Made by a program: the position numbers and the translations under genes. Under the pieces are notes generated by a model. It ran no database searches, was not told the origin of the DNA, and saw nothing but the letters and a program-made list of their open reading frames with translations. A stretch of 56,339 nt of DNA, the filler included, from Dugesia japonica (Eukaryota), in NCBI GenBank assembly GCA_001938525.1. It is 6 parts of 6 records of this genome, joined end to end, with 100 filler letters (N's around TTAATTAATTAA, not from the genome) between each part and the next. Parts side by side here need not be neighbours in the genome. Positions count along the whole stretch, not along the records: positions 9,450 to 18,002 come from MQRL01617745.1; positions 18,103 to 29,014 come from MQRL01623939.1; 4 more parts are not named here. One strand, 5' to 3'. Numbering within the stretch: the first letter of the stretch is position 1; each line of letters begins with the position of its first letter. Shown one piece after another: positions 12,045 to 25,369 of this stretch.

Positions 12045-13190
12045 AAACTGAATTATGTATTATTGATCGACCATTCCACAAGCTCTAATTGAAAGTGGTA
12101 CTTTTGAAGATTTCTTTCCTATGAATTCAATTTCTGAATTACAAAGTGACGTAGAGTTTTTTATAAATGGATCTGAAACAGAATATTTGCATTTGAATGA
12201 TACTTTATTGTATATTAATATGAAGGTAGTTGATAAGGCTGGTAAAGATTTGACTGACACTCATGATGCAGTTCCGAGTAATTATATGCTGCATACGCTT
12301 TTTAAGGATGTAATTCTTTCGTTTAATAATTTCAAAACTGAAGGTGGAAATGGATTTTATCTTCACAAAGCATTAATTGCAACTATAATAAATTATAATG
12401 ATGATGGTAAAAATATCTGTCTTGCAGCGATGGAATATGGATCAGAAGCAGATAGAAAAAGTCTAGTAAAATATCAAAACAATTAGCTCTATGTGGTTCA
12501 CTGCAACTCGATTTCATGGATCCACCGAAATACCCTATTCCAGTTATTAATGTTCATATTCGATTGAAACAATCACCTGCTAAGATTTGCTTGGAATCTG
12601 TAGATAATGAACCAAGATATATAATACAAGATGCAAAATTAATAGTTAGACGTGTACGAGTTGAACCCTTAGTACTAGTTGCTCATCAAATGGGCCTAAA
12701 AAACCAAAATGCTGTTTATCCAATAAGAACCAAAGAAGTATTTGGATTTGCAATTAGTAAAGATAGTTCATCGTTTTATAAGGAACAAATCTTTGGTGAT
12801 CGTTGATTATCTAGCTTTATTTTCGTTAAATTTTAAAGTGGTGAACAATATAACGGTAGTTATAATAGCTCGAGCTCAGCATTTAAAAATCTAGATGCTG
12901 TTTCCGTTTCCTTGTCAAAAAACACTGATTATCGAGAAATATATACTCAAAATATTTTAAACAATAATTATACCGCAACATAAATGCAATCTATAGTAAG
13001 AAATATGGGATATTTGAATAAGAATATGAATTGTAGAATAACACTTCACGAGATAAAGGATAATTATCCTTTCTTTACATTTGTTCAGGCTCTATAATTT
13101 GATATAAATCAGTGTCAATTACCTCAACAAGGAAATTTGAGATTGGATGTCAAATTTACTAAAGCTTTAAAACAAAACATCACATTCGTA
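12045..13190 (+). pseudogene. Maverick/Polinton major capsid protein (double jelly-roll), disrupted
   Basis: IESGTFEDFFP..SI....VEFFINGSETEYLHLNDTLLYINMKV, NYMLHTLFKDV, KALIATIINY, KYPIPVINVHIRL, AKLIVRRVRV, AVYPI, YNGSYN, GNLRLDVKFTKAL; several stops and frameshifts. Confidence 0.88.
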
Positions 13191-13576
13191 AAGTAGATCA
13201 AAATTTAAAGTGAATAATTTTTATTATAACATGGATAATTCGTGAATACTATTAGGCAGAGAAACGAAACAGTACAAAAGAAGATCAGCAATAAACAAGG
13301 CAAAGAATAACAATGAAACATTTGGAGATGAAAAGAGAGACGGCAAAATAATGGTGTAAAATAATTCGAAGACAAAACGTTGATCAAAGATAAATAGCTT
13401 CGTGGATGCGGAAAGAAAATATATTGAGTGGAATATTGAGAAACTTGAAAAGTTAAAGAGAGCAAAGTAAATAATCAACGTAATAATTCTTTAATTATTA
13501 TTAAGAAAATATGTATGTATGTAGTAATTATATATATTATAATTATATAAGTATATAATTATAATTATATATATAT

Positions 13577-14700
13577 GGTGCTGAAGAAATCACATTACCG
13601 TTGCATCTACATAAATAGCAGCAAATTAACTACAAGGTAAAAGAACTTATCATTCACCGTTTAAACTATTTGTACCTTTGTTAAGTAACTCACACAGTCA
13701 ATGCTATTGAATATTTTAGATGCAGAAAGTTGAAAATTATAATTTAAGATTAGTCTATGATGGCACCCGGCACATAATTGAAAGCTTTATATAAGCTGTT
13801 AAAAGAAATCAGGAAAAGATCAAAACTATTTGGTAGTAAAACATTGCTTATTTATGCAGATTTTGCCAAAAACTCATTGTTATGCCTTATGTACTTTAGC
13901 TGCAATTGTAGAAGTAAGCATAAAATTTAATTAAAATTGAAACATGTCTGAAGTCCTTAAACTTATAAATAACGTCCAATCTGTAGATCCTGAGTTTAGA
14001 CAATGGTAAGTTGAATTTAGTAATAACAACTTAAATAAATAAATAATAACTTAAGTATTAACAACTTTAAATTACAATTATGGGCATTATGATGATATAA
14101 TAGAAATATGGTAGATAGAAATAATAGATTCTTAAATTAAAAAAATCTTTGGAGATAGACAAATCATTGCGGATATTGAAGGTTATTCGATTCGAGCTAT
14201 ANNNNNNNNNNNNNNNNNNNNNNNNNNNNNNNNNNNNNNNNNNNNNNNNNATATACTTGAAGGTGAAGAAGTAACTTATATTAGTGTAGCCTACATTGAT
14301 GATAGAAATGATGAAGATATGCAAAATTACTCTGTTGTATTTTAAATGAACAAGCTCTTTTTAAAATGCGATTACATAAACCATGTTTAAAAATAGGTTA
14401 CTTAATAATGTTATAATATTAATCGAGGACTTTGAAATGGAACTTGATTAATAGGTAAAGATTAAAAATCAAATTTAATTATTGCAGAAATTTTAAAAGA
14501 GGCAAGAGAAAAAAAATTGTATATATTTAGCCCCAACAAACACAGGACATACCTTTGTTCTCAGAAGAAGATAGTTTCCAGTTAAATTGGCGTTTCCCAT
14601 GACAATTATTAAATCATAAGGACAAACTTTAGATATGATTAGTATATATTTACCAGTGCTCGTTTTAGCCATTATAATAATAAGTACAATAACCTCAGAA
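13577..14700 (+). mobile_element. Helitron Rep/Hel, PIF1-type helicase region, heavily decayed
   Basis: VAST*IAAN*LQGKRTYHSPFKL, LFGSKTLLIYADF, AAIVEVSIK, DPEFRQW, LEGEEVTYIS, RGL*NGT, LRRR*FPVKLAFPMTIIKS*GQTLD..IYLP: the Helitron helicase motifs in the expected order. Confidence 0.88.
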
Positions 14701-15695
14701 TAATACAACCGTTAATCATCTATTGACATGTAGATTTATCACAATAAGATAAGAAATGTTAAAAAAATCANNNNNNNNNNNNNNNNNNNNNNNNNNNNNN
14801 NNNNNNNNNNNNNNNNNNNNNNNNNNNNNNNNNNNNNNNNNNNNNNTTTTTATAAGTTTAATGTTCTCGGGGATTGATTAAAAACCAAAAATGATCACTG
14901 TAAAATTCTTAGTAAATTAATATAATTTGAATTGTTCGCCTGGATTTCCATCAAACATTTTAAAATTTAAAATATTTAAATAAATCGATAAATTTGAAAA
15001 AAAAATTTCCCTCTTAAAAATTTTGAACAAATTCCATATCACCTCAATTACATCAAATATTCGATACCACTTAATATTACGTCAAAAATATTTATCTCTA
15101 CTAAATACATTGGAAAAACTCCATACCAATTAATCCGATTNNNNNNNNNNNNNNNATTTTAAAGGTTTCCCTATAAAATATAGAAATAAAGTGATTGCGT
15201 CAGCGGGGGATGGTAGGTTGTACCTTACGCTACTATCACTCTACTGCGTGTAATACATCTGAGACCAGTACTTTTTCAAAGTTCAAATGAAGCAAACCTT
15301 TCCCAATTCGTTAGACTAATTTTCTTTCTAGAATCATATAATCAAGAGGTAAAATTGTAGAAATGATATGCAACAAAAATAATACAATTCTTAAGTATTT
15401 TCAACGGTTTTTTACCTAAGACTAACTGCTAACATACAGTTCCACTTCAAATTTGATATATTTTTATTTACTGATTATAAAATAAAGTTTCAATATTTTA
15501 CGTTAAATTTAAAATAACAACAGTTTATATACTATTAAAATGATTTCAATCCACATATAAAATAATTAAACTTTTATATATAATATGATTTTTGATTTTA
15601 TTTAGTATTTCATCTAAATATTTGCTTTTTAATTATTGATTATAATAAAATTAATTAATTATTCTATTATCAATTTATTAAATTATTATTATTAT

Positions 15696-15726
<31 letters not shown>

Positions 15727-15779
15727 ATTATTATTAATTTTATTATTATTATTATTATTGAAAATAATTGAAGATCAAT

Positions 15780-16005
15780 AGTTAATAATTTTTGGAATCT
15801 AAATCTCTGTAGTTTGTTAATTTTTCTAATAATTATTTTAAGTGTAATATTGTATTAAATCTTCTGAAACTGTAAATTTTATTTGGTAAAATATATATAT
15901 TTGTAACTTTGTATATTTAATTTTACTTTAATAAATATTTTATAAATATATTTCTTGTTTATGTGAATGAAAATTTAGGGAATTGTGAGTTATTTATGCC
16001 TCACA
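15780..16005 (+). mobile_element. Probable diverged solo LTR related to the LTRs at 50832 and 54903
   Basis: Ends in tatgcctcaca like those LTRs (minus strand) and shares motifs in the same order (tttggaat, ttttaagtgtaat, tgtaaatttatt, ttaataaa). Confidence 0.4.
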
Positions 16006-16699
16006 ATAATTATTATTATTTTCATTATTATTAAAATAATTATATTCTCAATAGCACGTAATTTATAACCAGATAATAACAAATCATTTAAACTTGTAAG
16101 TAAATTCTGACAGAATATAAAAACAGAATTAAATATTTAAATTAAATTAAATAAAATATATATTTAGTTTAAATATTAGGATTATATTATATTAATTAAT
16201 TATTATTATTAGGATATATTCAGAATGATCATATTAATAACAAGCCTAATGATAAAATAATAATAATACCAACATAAATAAGAAAATTCAAATTAACAAC
16301 ACTAACAGTAATAATGATAATAATAATAATAAATAATAATAATAATAATAANNNNNNNNNNNNNNNNNNNNNNNNNNNNNNNNNNNNNNNNNNNNNNNNN
16401 NNNNNNNNNNNNNNNNNNNNNNNNNNNNNNNNNNNNNNNNNNNNNNNNNNNNNNNNNNNGAAAGAAAAATGGGGAAATAAGCATACTACTTTTATTTACA
16501 TTGTTAATAGTTGTTTGCATTCATAAGTCACAAAATTTAAAGTAATTAGAACTACATAAATTGTTAATTCATTCAGATCACAATATCATTAATTATTGTT
16601 AAATCACAGAATCACAAAATCAAAATTACTATTTTTCTATAGAAGAGACTGGAATTGATCATAGCTTAGAACTACCATAGTTTAATAGATTGTCAATTG

Positions 16700-17990
16700 G
16701 ATGCAATTTAGAATTGCCAAGAGGAGGTAATATGCCACATAGGGCTGCTGAGATATCGGATCCTGGAATCTTCTGTTGACGAACCTTTTGAAATTGATTA
16801 TTCGAAGTGTAGTCGATACACAAAAATAAATAATTATCGATAGGTTGTATTGTTAAGTATTGTTTTTCAATGCTAATTGACCATGGAACGGATCTTCCTT
16901 AAATTCCGAATAAAACCAAGCTGGAAATCTGTTCTGTTTTGATTGAATTTGTCATTGTTACTGAGCTTTCTGAGCTAGATAATTTATATGTAATGCCAAT
17001 GATCTTGGTGTTACGATTCCGGTGTAAATTGATTGATTTACCGTATTTTGTCGTGAAGGTAACACCACTGCAATGAGGCTTATTTGAGACTCTCGTTCTC
17101 CATTTCAATCTTTTTATTATGAATTTCAAGATACTGGACTGATATCAGGCTTTTCTCGTGAGTTTTTTCCCATTCCACCATTCAGTTCCTAATCTCTGTT
17201 GATATTACTCCTAAACAATCTGTTAAGCTTCTATCCATGACGCGTTATTACTTAAACTTTTGTTGCTAACATTTTTTTACTACATTTTCATTCTGTTTTA
17301 ATCTCATCAATATCCCGTTTCTGCTTTTTTTGATCTTTAATTTCCAATCCTTTTATATTATTTATCATGCTTTATCTTTTGAAACACTGCTGCATTCAGT
17401 ATTGCAAGCTACTGATCCGTTTTTTTTGTTTATATCTCATTCGTTTGTTCAATCTAAATTGAGCCTCAACATATTCTTCTCATCGTTATTGTTTTGACTT
17501 CAGTACTATTCCGTTGAATGTCCTTTAGCATTGCAATTATCGCAATAAGTATATACTATTCTACATTGACCAGTAACATGCACTTTTCTCTGACAGATTC
17601 TACATCTCACTTTTCGTTTTGTCTTGCTAGAATCACTTCTAAGTGACTGCCTTCCTCTAACTGATATTTGGTTTTGATTATAATTACTTCCATGATTCTT
17701 GTTAGCATTAACTGGATTCCGGTAAAATTGATAACGATCCTTGAAGGTTGTTTTACCAATACTGTCAATACGTCCCAATCTTTTTATTTCTTGTAAGTAT
17801 ATATAGAAGTATTCTCCTTCTAGTTGTCGTCGGTCCGCAAATCTTACAAAGTTTTTGCCTGGCATAAATTCATTTCAAAAATGTTTAGACAGAGTTTTCT
17901 TGGCATCATTCTATTCGAGTAAATTGTTATTCTTGAGTTGAAATTCCTCCCAATATACATCTTGAGCGACACCCAACAAGTAAAATATTA
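16700..17990 (-). mobile_element. Gypsy-like LTR retrotransposon relic (gag with tandem zinc knuckles; possible integrase tail)
   Basis: ORF 17506-17865 ends CRICQRKVHVTGQC...CDNCNAKGHSTE (two CCHC knuckles). A GPF/Y-like remnant (DPFHGQ...NNTTYR) lies near 16840-16895. Confidence 0.65.
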
Positions 17991-18002
17991 TATATATATA
18001 TA

Positions 18003-18102
18003 NNNNNNNNNNNNNNNNNNNNNNNNNNNNNNNNNNNNNNNNNNNNTTAATTAATTAANNNNNNNNNNNNNNNNNNNNNNNNNNNNNNNNNNNNNNNNNN
18101 NN
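18003..18102. other. Artificial contig-joining spacer
   Basis: 44N-TTAATTAATTAA-44N. Confidence 0.97.
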
Positions 18103-18414
18103 TTACATTTAATATTTTATAAAATATGGTGTCACCCCCATTGTCGGTAACTCATACTTATCACACTACTTATATATAGTATATATGTACACTATATTAT
18201 TATGTACTTTATTATTATTGTATTATTATAATTATTATTATGAACTTTATTAATTTGATGATAATGTACATTATTATTAATTTGATAATAATGTACAATC
18301 AATTAGATGAACTTTGTAATTAATATTTGATAACATTGTTTGACTACTGAGTAATAATCATGTGCTTGTATACTCTTTTTGTATAAACAAAATCGTTTCT
18401 ATNGTTTCTGTAAA

Positions 18415-19042
18415 ATGTTACTGCAAAACAATGCTATTTTTCAAGTAGTCAGTCATAGTGGAAGCGGCAAGACATTATTTGTTTGCAGATTACTACAAAG
18501 CAAATTGTTTTGAACAAAGTTCAAATAGATTTATTGGCATCAAGGTGGTGGTGATGAAGCCGGCTTGACTAATGGTGAATTTTACAAGCTGGAAAATATT
18601 ACGATAATTGATGGATTTGATGATGATTGGTTAAAGAGATAAATAGTGGTGATGTTATTATAATCGATGACTTGTTTCAAGAGGCAAAAATACAGGCTGA
18701 TTTTAATAATCTCTTTACAAAAATCGCTCGTCATGGTAATGTTACTGTGATCTTTATCACCCAGAATCTATTCCATCAAGGTGGTTTGCATTGTACACGT
18801 AATCTAAATGTTCATTATTTGGTTTTATTCAAAAATCCCCGAGATCAAACTGTGGTTGATTATATTTCCCGTCAAGCATTTCCTCAACAAAAATGATTTT
18901 TATCAGATGCATTTCGAGATGTTACTACGAAACTACATGAATATTTATTTATTGATTTTACCCAACAATGCCTTGATGATGAATGAGTAAAAACCGATAT
19001 ATTCAATTCGGAGGAAATAACAGTTTACAAACCATTGGTATA
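18415..19042 (+). pseudogene. Maverick/Polinton FtsK/A32-like DNA packaging ATPase
   Basis: Walker A SHSGSGKT, Walker B IIIDDL, LFTKIARHGNVTVIFITQNLF, NVHYLVLFKNPRDQ, AF.D....EYLFID; frameshifted. Confidence 0.92.
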
Positions 19043-19168
19043 AACAAAATTATTACTTAATAAAAAAAACAAGAAATGAATTGATTTAAAAATGTTGTCA
19101 TAAAACAAAAGGGTGGTGGTGGTGGTAATTTGAAACGATTTTCACGAAGTATTTCATAATTTAAGGCA

Positions 19169-19570
19169 ATGTTAAGGGCTCCATCAAATTCTCGATGGCA
19201 AATTATGCATTCAATGTCGGCTTATGTCATGAATAATTTCATTAGGGTTTTGCCACAAATCGTTTTGGGCCGAGTCAATGTTGGTCACAAAAGTGGAAAA
19301 TATCGCTTGAAAAAGTATCAAGAAGCTCTTGTAGATATGGCAAAAGCAATGAATTTGCAGCAAAAAAACAAATTCTTGAAAGACATATTCCTATACAAAA
19401 TGAAAACCAGAAGAAGGGTAAAAAACAAGTTTATTATGGCCAAAATGGAAATGAATTTGTTAAGGCTGCACTTTTAACGATTCTAGGTTTATTGAGTAAA
19501 GCGGCTGCAACCGGTGCAGTTGGTGCTGCTTCAGGATATGCTACAAAGAAAATTATTTATTCTGTATAAA
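19169..19570 (+). pseudogene. Maverick small basic protein ending in an Ala/Gly-rich helix
   Basis: Basic ORF 19169-19477 continues across a frameshift into ILGLLSKAAATGAVGAASGYATKKI. It lies between the ATPase and the integrase. Confidence 0.5.
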
Positions 19571-19678
19571 CAATTTTAATTCTTTTTGGTATTGCAATAT
19601 AAATGGGTGTTGCACCTTCTTCTAATATTCCAGACATTTCACTAAATATTCGTTGTTGTATTTCACGATATCAAGTTG

Positions 19679-20702
19679 ATGGAACAACTATGGTACAATC
19701 CAAAGAATCCGATTGGATACGCCGGTATTTCAAAGCTTGCAAATGCGGCAAATGTTTCGGTAAAAGAGACGAATAAATAGTTCGGTAATCAATTGGCGTA
19801 TAGTTTGAATAGACCAATGCAAAAAAGATTTCCAACACGGAAATATATTGTTGCTGGTGTTAATAGACTTTGGCAAATGGATTTGATGGAAATGATTTCA
19901 TATGCAAAGATAAATAATGATTATAGATATATTTGGACATGTGTTGATGTGTTTAGTCGATTTGCACGTGCGGTTCCAGTAAAACGGAAATCTGGTAAAG
20001 ATATTTTGTTGGCTATGTCGGCAATGTTTAAAGATGTTCATCCAAAAGCTATTCAAACCAATTTGGGTGAAGAGTTTTACAATACTCAGTTCAAATCTTT
20101 ATTGAAACAATATGATATACTGCACTATTCAGTATTTTCTCAGTACAAGGCTGCTCTAGTTGAGCGATTTAATCGAACACTACGCACACGATTAAACAAG
20201 TTTTTTACCTAACAAGGTAACAAGATATGGATACATGTTTTACCAAAAATGATTTTTGCATACAACCATTCTGAGCACAAAAGTTTTGGAGGACGAAAAC
20301 CTGAAGATGTTACAGATGATGATGACACACATTATTTCATCAATAAAAACCAAAACCAAAATATAAAATTGGACAACATGTACGGATTTCTCGAATTAGT
20401 ACTACGCCATTCAATTAAAACTTCGATAATAATTGGAGTGATGAAGTCTTTCAAATCTCGGAAATCAATACGAGACAAACCCCATTCATGTATTACATTC
20501 ATGTATGTAATACGCGATGAAGATGGTAATATTATTCAAGGCAAATTTTATGAGCAGGAATTGCAAGTGTTGCCGGAAAAACCAAGCATATATCGAATCA
20601 AATCAATTCTTAAAACCAAAGTTCAAGGCCAATATAAACAATGTATAGTTGAATGGCATGGCTATTCAAAGCCTACGTATTCAAGCATCTCAAATTCAAT
20701 AA
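19679..20702 (+). pseudogene. Maverick retroviral-like (rve) integrase with C-terminal chromodomain
   Basis: MEQLWYNPKNPIGYAG...YSLNRP.QKRFPTR, WQMDL, CVDVFSRFA, IQTNLGEEF (second catalytic D reads N), VERFNRTL, YNHSEH, GKFYEQELQ, then chromo-like YRIKSILK...VEWHGY. Confidence 0.93.
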
Positions 20703-20915
20703 TGAGTTTTTATATGGTTTTGCCAAGCAATAGTTGTCCAAGAACTCGACCTGATAATAATGCGAGCAAATATTTGGTTGACTATGAGAATGCCATCAAT
20801 TTAAATGATGACCATTGGGAAGTTGTCATGACAGAATTTGTTTTCAATTATTGTCCACAGACTATACGGAAAAATTGAATATAAAATAAGAGAAGTGATG
20901 GAAATTGAAGATAAA
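20702..20915 (+). pseudogene. Maverick penton (minor capsid) N-terminus, truncated
   Basis: MSFYMVLPSNS....PDNNASKY......INL...WEV.MTEF is the characteristic Maverick penton start. Confidence 0.85.
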
Positions 20916-21247
20916 TTATTTTATTTATTATTTTATTATTATTTTACTTATTTCGGTACATATATTTTTCATTTTCGTACCACCAAAATTTGGTCTTCTA
21001 CGCCTTATTTTCATTTTTCGGTATTTTCCAAAATACGCCATAATAATTATAATAATAGTAATTAAATAATAATAATGACAATAATAATAATAATTATTTA
21101 CTTAATAATATTTTCTGGTCCAAATCACCTTCATCATTAATTTTCTCATCGTCGTTATTATTTTCATGATATTTCATTTTGATTTCATATCAATTCCATG
21201 GTGTTCTAGTCCAACATAAGTAAATTGGCATATGTATGTGATAATAG

Positions 21248-24200
21248 GTGGAAAATTCAAATTCTGATTTCAACATTTACAAAAGTTGGTTTGGTGATGC
21301 ACAAACCAATGCCTTCATGAATGCTCACTTTTACGATTCAGAGTTCATTTTTATTGACCCTTGTGTCACTCAAATTTTGGTAGCTAAGAAAAGAAATTTT
21401 TCTTCGTTGGGTAGCGATCTCTTGAAATTTTCTGAGTCCAGTATAATTGTTTTTGCATTGCATATTTTAAATCAACACTGGATTCTCTTTGTTTTTGACA
21501 TAAGTACTGGTAGAGCCTTCAACATTGACCTACTTAAAGGAGCCTTTATGCCTGATATTGCAACTAAGTATGGCATGCATATCACTAAGGAACTTAATTC
21601 TTTCATTAATGAAAATGTTGTGTTCTATGATGAGGCGGTAATGTCAAGAGAAACACAGCAGAATAATTATGATTGTAGACCTTTTGTCTGCAGCTATGCT
21701 CTTAAGCTTTCTAATAATGAACCTTTATTCAATTTGGAGTTCTCAAAAGTTAGAAAATTTGTTGAAGGACTTGGCACTACTTCTCAGAAATATATGGGTG
21801 CTGGTGTACCAGTCTCTTTACCGTTTCTAGACTCTTTAATCACTAGTACTAGGATTCCATCAGACAAGCTTGTTGATTTTGCTAATAGTCTGATTTCCAA
21901 TAATAATCAACTTATTTCGGATCCAATTCTATCCATGGCTTGTATTAATGAGGATAACAACTGCATTTCTGACACTGTGTTCTTTAAATTCTTCAAAAAT
22001 CGAGAAATTGTTTTTTGTTCTTTTTTTCATTCAGGTTTTTAATTTTTGTTTTTAATTTTTTTGATAAAATTGCTTTTTTCTTGACCCTCGTGTTTCTGAT
22101 TGTGATGTTGTACAAGAGGATGATGTTATTAGGCTCCATAATTGCATATCTGAATTCTGCAGGAATAAAGACTTGAATCATCATATAACATTCCCACACA
22201 CAAGGATAACTATGGCGATAGTTGTTTTGTTGTTTGTAGTTATATTCATTCACTTTCTAATTTCAATATTTTGAAAAAGTTGGATGTGACACAGCTCAGA
22301 TTAAAATTTATTAATTTACAAAAAAAATCTAATTAAACTTGAACACAATTTAATAAAATCATGGAAAAAGACAAGCAATCTAAATTTAATAATCTACTAA
22401 ATTCTATTGATTGTAGTGATATCACTACTTCTGTAGAATCCTTTTACAGTTTAGTTCACTCTGTGTGTAATATTAAAACTAAAACCAGTAATTTTAAAAT
22501 AATGAACGAGGAAAAACAAACAAGCGCATTGAATGAGATTTGAATCTGAGAGATCGATTCAAATATTCCCAAAAATTAGTTTTTGAGATCATCACAAATG
22601 ATGCCTCAGCTGATTGTCACCCATCATAGGCTGATCTTGAGGCTTATTTTTTATCAAAAGCTGTGGAAGGCACACTAACTAACTGGGATCTTTTCCCCTC
22701 TCAAAAGCAGTGATGGAACTTTTGAATTTGTTTGCCCTGATGCGGCTTCCATCAGACAAACTCTTCTTAATTTATCGGTTTCTGCTCCTGGAATTAATAA
22801 TATTACTTATTAATAATAATATTACCTTAAATCAGCAGATCATAATTGTCTTGGGATACACAGGATTTTTTCTAGCATCCTCTCTAGTAATAGCAACCCT
22901 GAAAGCTGACCCATGTACAAAACTTTTATGATCCCGAAATCTGGCAAACATGGATCTTATCATCTTGTTTCTTCCTAGAGACCGATTGCTTTGCTGGACT
23001 GTCTTTATAAGCTTTTCATGGCATGTCTCGCCTCTCCACTTTCAAATTAGGCTCAAAAATCACATCTGCTCCACAATCTTCAAAAGAGTGCTGGAGATTC
23101 TGAAGGATGCTCTAAGCTCAATATCTTGCTCCGCTGCCTTCTTGAGGAACAGAGTCGGCTTCCTAGATATTGCTGAAGCCTTTGGGATCATCACTATCGA
23201 CCATATCCTCGGCTTACTCAATCGCATGGGGGTGTCCAAAGCATCCTCTAGTCTAATCACGAGCTTATATATGGATTGCTCTTGTTATTATATTTGTAAT
23301 GGGACCTCAACCAATCCTATTGCAAATAAAAGAGGAGTTTGGCAAGGTTGCCCATTGTCAATGTTACTGTTTAACATTGGCATTGATCCAATAATTAAGG
23401 AAATCTCTAAGACTCCTGAAGGAGGAGTTAGTTATGCTGATCATTTCATATCAGTTCTGGCCTATGCGGATGATCTTGCATTGGTTCCCTCCTCGAAAGG
23501 ATATTTTCAAGATATGTTTAATGTTGCTGTCCGTCTTGCTGATTGGTCCTCTTTAGAATTTTGACCTGATAAATGTGCCTATCTTTCATGTCCGGAAAAT
23601 AGTTCACATGTTCAGATCGAAATCAAAGGCGATTGTATTCCTAAACTGCTAAGCAATGATTCATATCGCTATCTTGGTGTTGATTTTGGCCGGGCGATGT
23701 TCAAACTTCATCGGATATGCTTGAGAGATCTGTCAGAGATTTAGAGAAGGTCGCTAGGTCGATTCTTTATCCCTGGCAGAAGATTCGAGCATATAAAACT
23801 TTTATCCACTCAAGGTTCACTTTCGCCTTTAGGAACTTCAACATCCCTGTGAGTACTTTTGATACTTCGGCTTACATCAAAAACCACGTGGTGCTGAGAC
23901 CTAAAGGTATTGACAAAAGCATTAAGGAACAGATGAGAACGATTCTCTCTGTCTCTCAGAATTGAGTTTCTAACTATTTATAAAGTTCTAAAAATCACGG
24001 AATGGGGTAGGTATCCCTGAAGCTAGAGATGAGTATGCGATCCAATCTATCATCCAAGGCTTCAAGATGCTGGTCTGTCAGAATGTGATCGTCAGAGATA
24101 TTGCAAGGAACAACCTCATTCATGCTGCATCCAAACAGCTTAATCATCCTAAGCTGTGCTCTATGGACGAAGCGCTCAACTGGCTTCAGACCCATGCAAA

Positions 24201-25345
24201 ACACACCATACCAAAGTGCTGGTGGTCAAAGATTCTCACTTCTATTACATACTTAAAAAATAAATTGGACTTTCAGGTGAGATGCCTGCACAATGAGCGT
24301 GGAATTTGCCTTCAAATTATTGATGGTTTGTCTGAATGAAATCATCTTATTTCCTTCAGGGATAAATGCTCAGTGACAAAACTTTTGCACAAAATCCTGA
24401 GTTCCTCACACACTAGAAAGTTAAACGCCAGGTTCAAACTTGGCTTTGTTTCACTCTCGGTTGGAGGACCCCACTATCTAGTATACCTATTTACGATTGG
24501 TCCATCTCACAGGATTGTTGACGCTTCATTCATAAGGCGTGATTATACGCGCTTCCAGTCGGGCATAACCACGGTCTTCGCAGTAAAGTTTGCAGAAGAT
24601 GTGGACTTCATGTTGAAACACAAGTCCATGTTCTGTGCCACTGCTCTACTTCACATGGTTTTCGTTCTGAACGTCACGATGAAGTTCTGAAACTTCTTGC
24701 TGACGTTATTCGCCACAATACTAATTTTAAAGTTGTTGTCGACCGATAAAGTTTACTTGCAACTAATCAAAGCGGATAAAAAAAGATTATTTTGCTGGAT
24801 GTGAAAATTTCTTATGACACTCCTGACAATATCAAATTGGCTAGGGATAGTAATATAAGGAAATACACTCCACTCAAGGAAGACATTTAGCGTAACTTAC
24901 CTAATTGGAATGTCTACCTTGAGACGATCTCAATTGGATGTCTGTGATCGTGGCGTATTGAAAATGAAACTGCTCTGAAGTACGCAGGTCTCAATGTGAG
25001 TGTCATAAGAAAATTATCACTGGCCAGCATAAGAATATGCATCGCCTGGTCGACTAAAAACTGGCGATTTCACAATGGGCAAGCTAATTGTGCTGACTTT
25101 GATATGAATGCTATTAAAAATGTCAGCGATAGTGAGTCCATTGTAGATTAATTAATTTATAGGGTTCACTTCCCACGGTTAAGTCTTAGGTTTCATTTTC
25201 TTTATCTCTTCTTTTTTTGTTGTTTTTCTACAGCGATTCGCTGGCCGATTCAAGATGTAAAGTCTTGGTGAGAATTCTCTGGCTTGGAAGATAGCTTTTG
25301 TTAATCGTAGCGCAGTTTGCGTGTAGTTCGCGATATTTTTTGTTT
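21248..25345 (+). mobile_element. NeSL/R5-clade non-LTR retrotransposon (Ulp1-like protease x2, RT, CCHC, restriction-like endonuclease), decayed
   Basis: Ulp1 motifs WFGD, FIDP, NQHWILFVFD, NID, QQNNYDC. RT motifs SAPG, RPIALL, FLDIAEAFG, RGVWQGCPLS, LAYADDL, PDKCA, YRYLGV, LYPWQK. Then RFIHKA.L..LP, CRRC.{8}H.{4}C at 24591, RHD, and the RLE region ILLDVKI...KY..L...IGCL.SW. ORF ends at about 25151; the 3' UTR boundary is approximate. Confidence 0.9.
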
Positions 25346-25369
25346 GAATGAAGTTTTATTTAGCCTTTA

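Noticed and set aside
8495-20915. One giant Maverick carrying a Helitron helicase and gag, bounded by the TAG-rich motifs
   Set aside because: The span crosses two artificial spacers, and every part is an independently decayed fragment.
21248-22042. Ulp1-like ORF as the Maverick maturation protease or a host SENP8 gene
   Set aside because: It is intronless and collinear with the downstream RT-CCHC-RLE ORF, and is separated from the truncated penton by unrelated AT-rich sequence.
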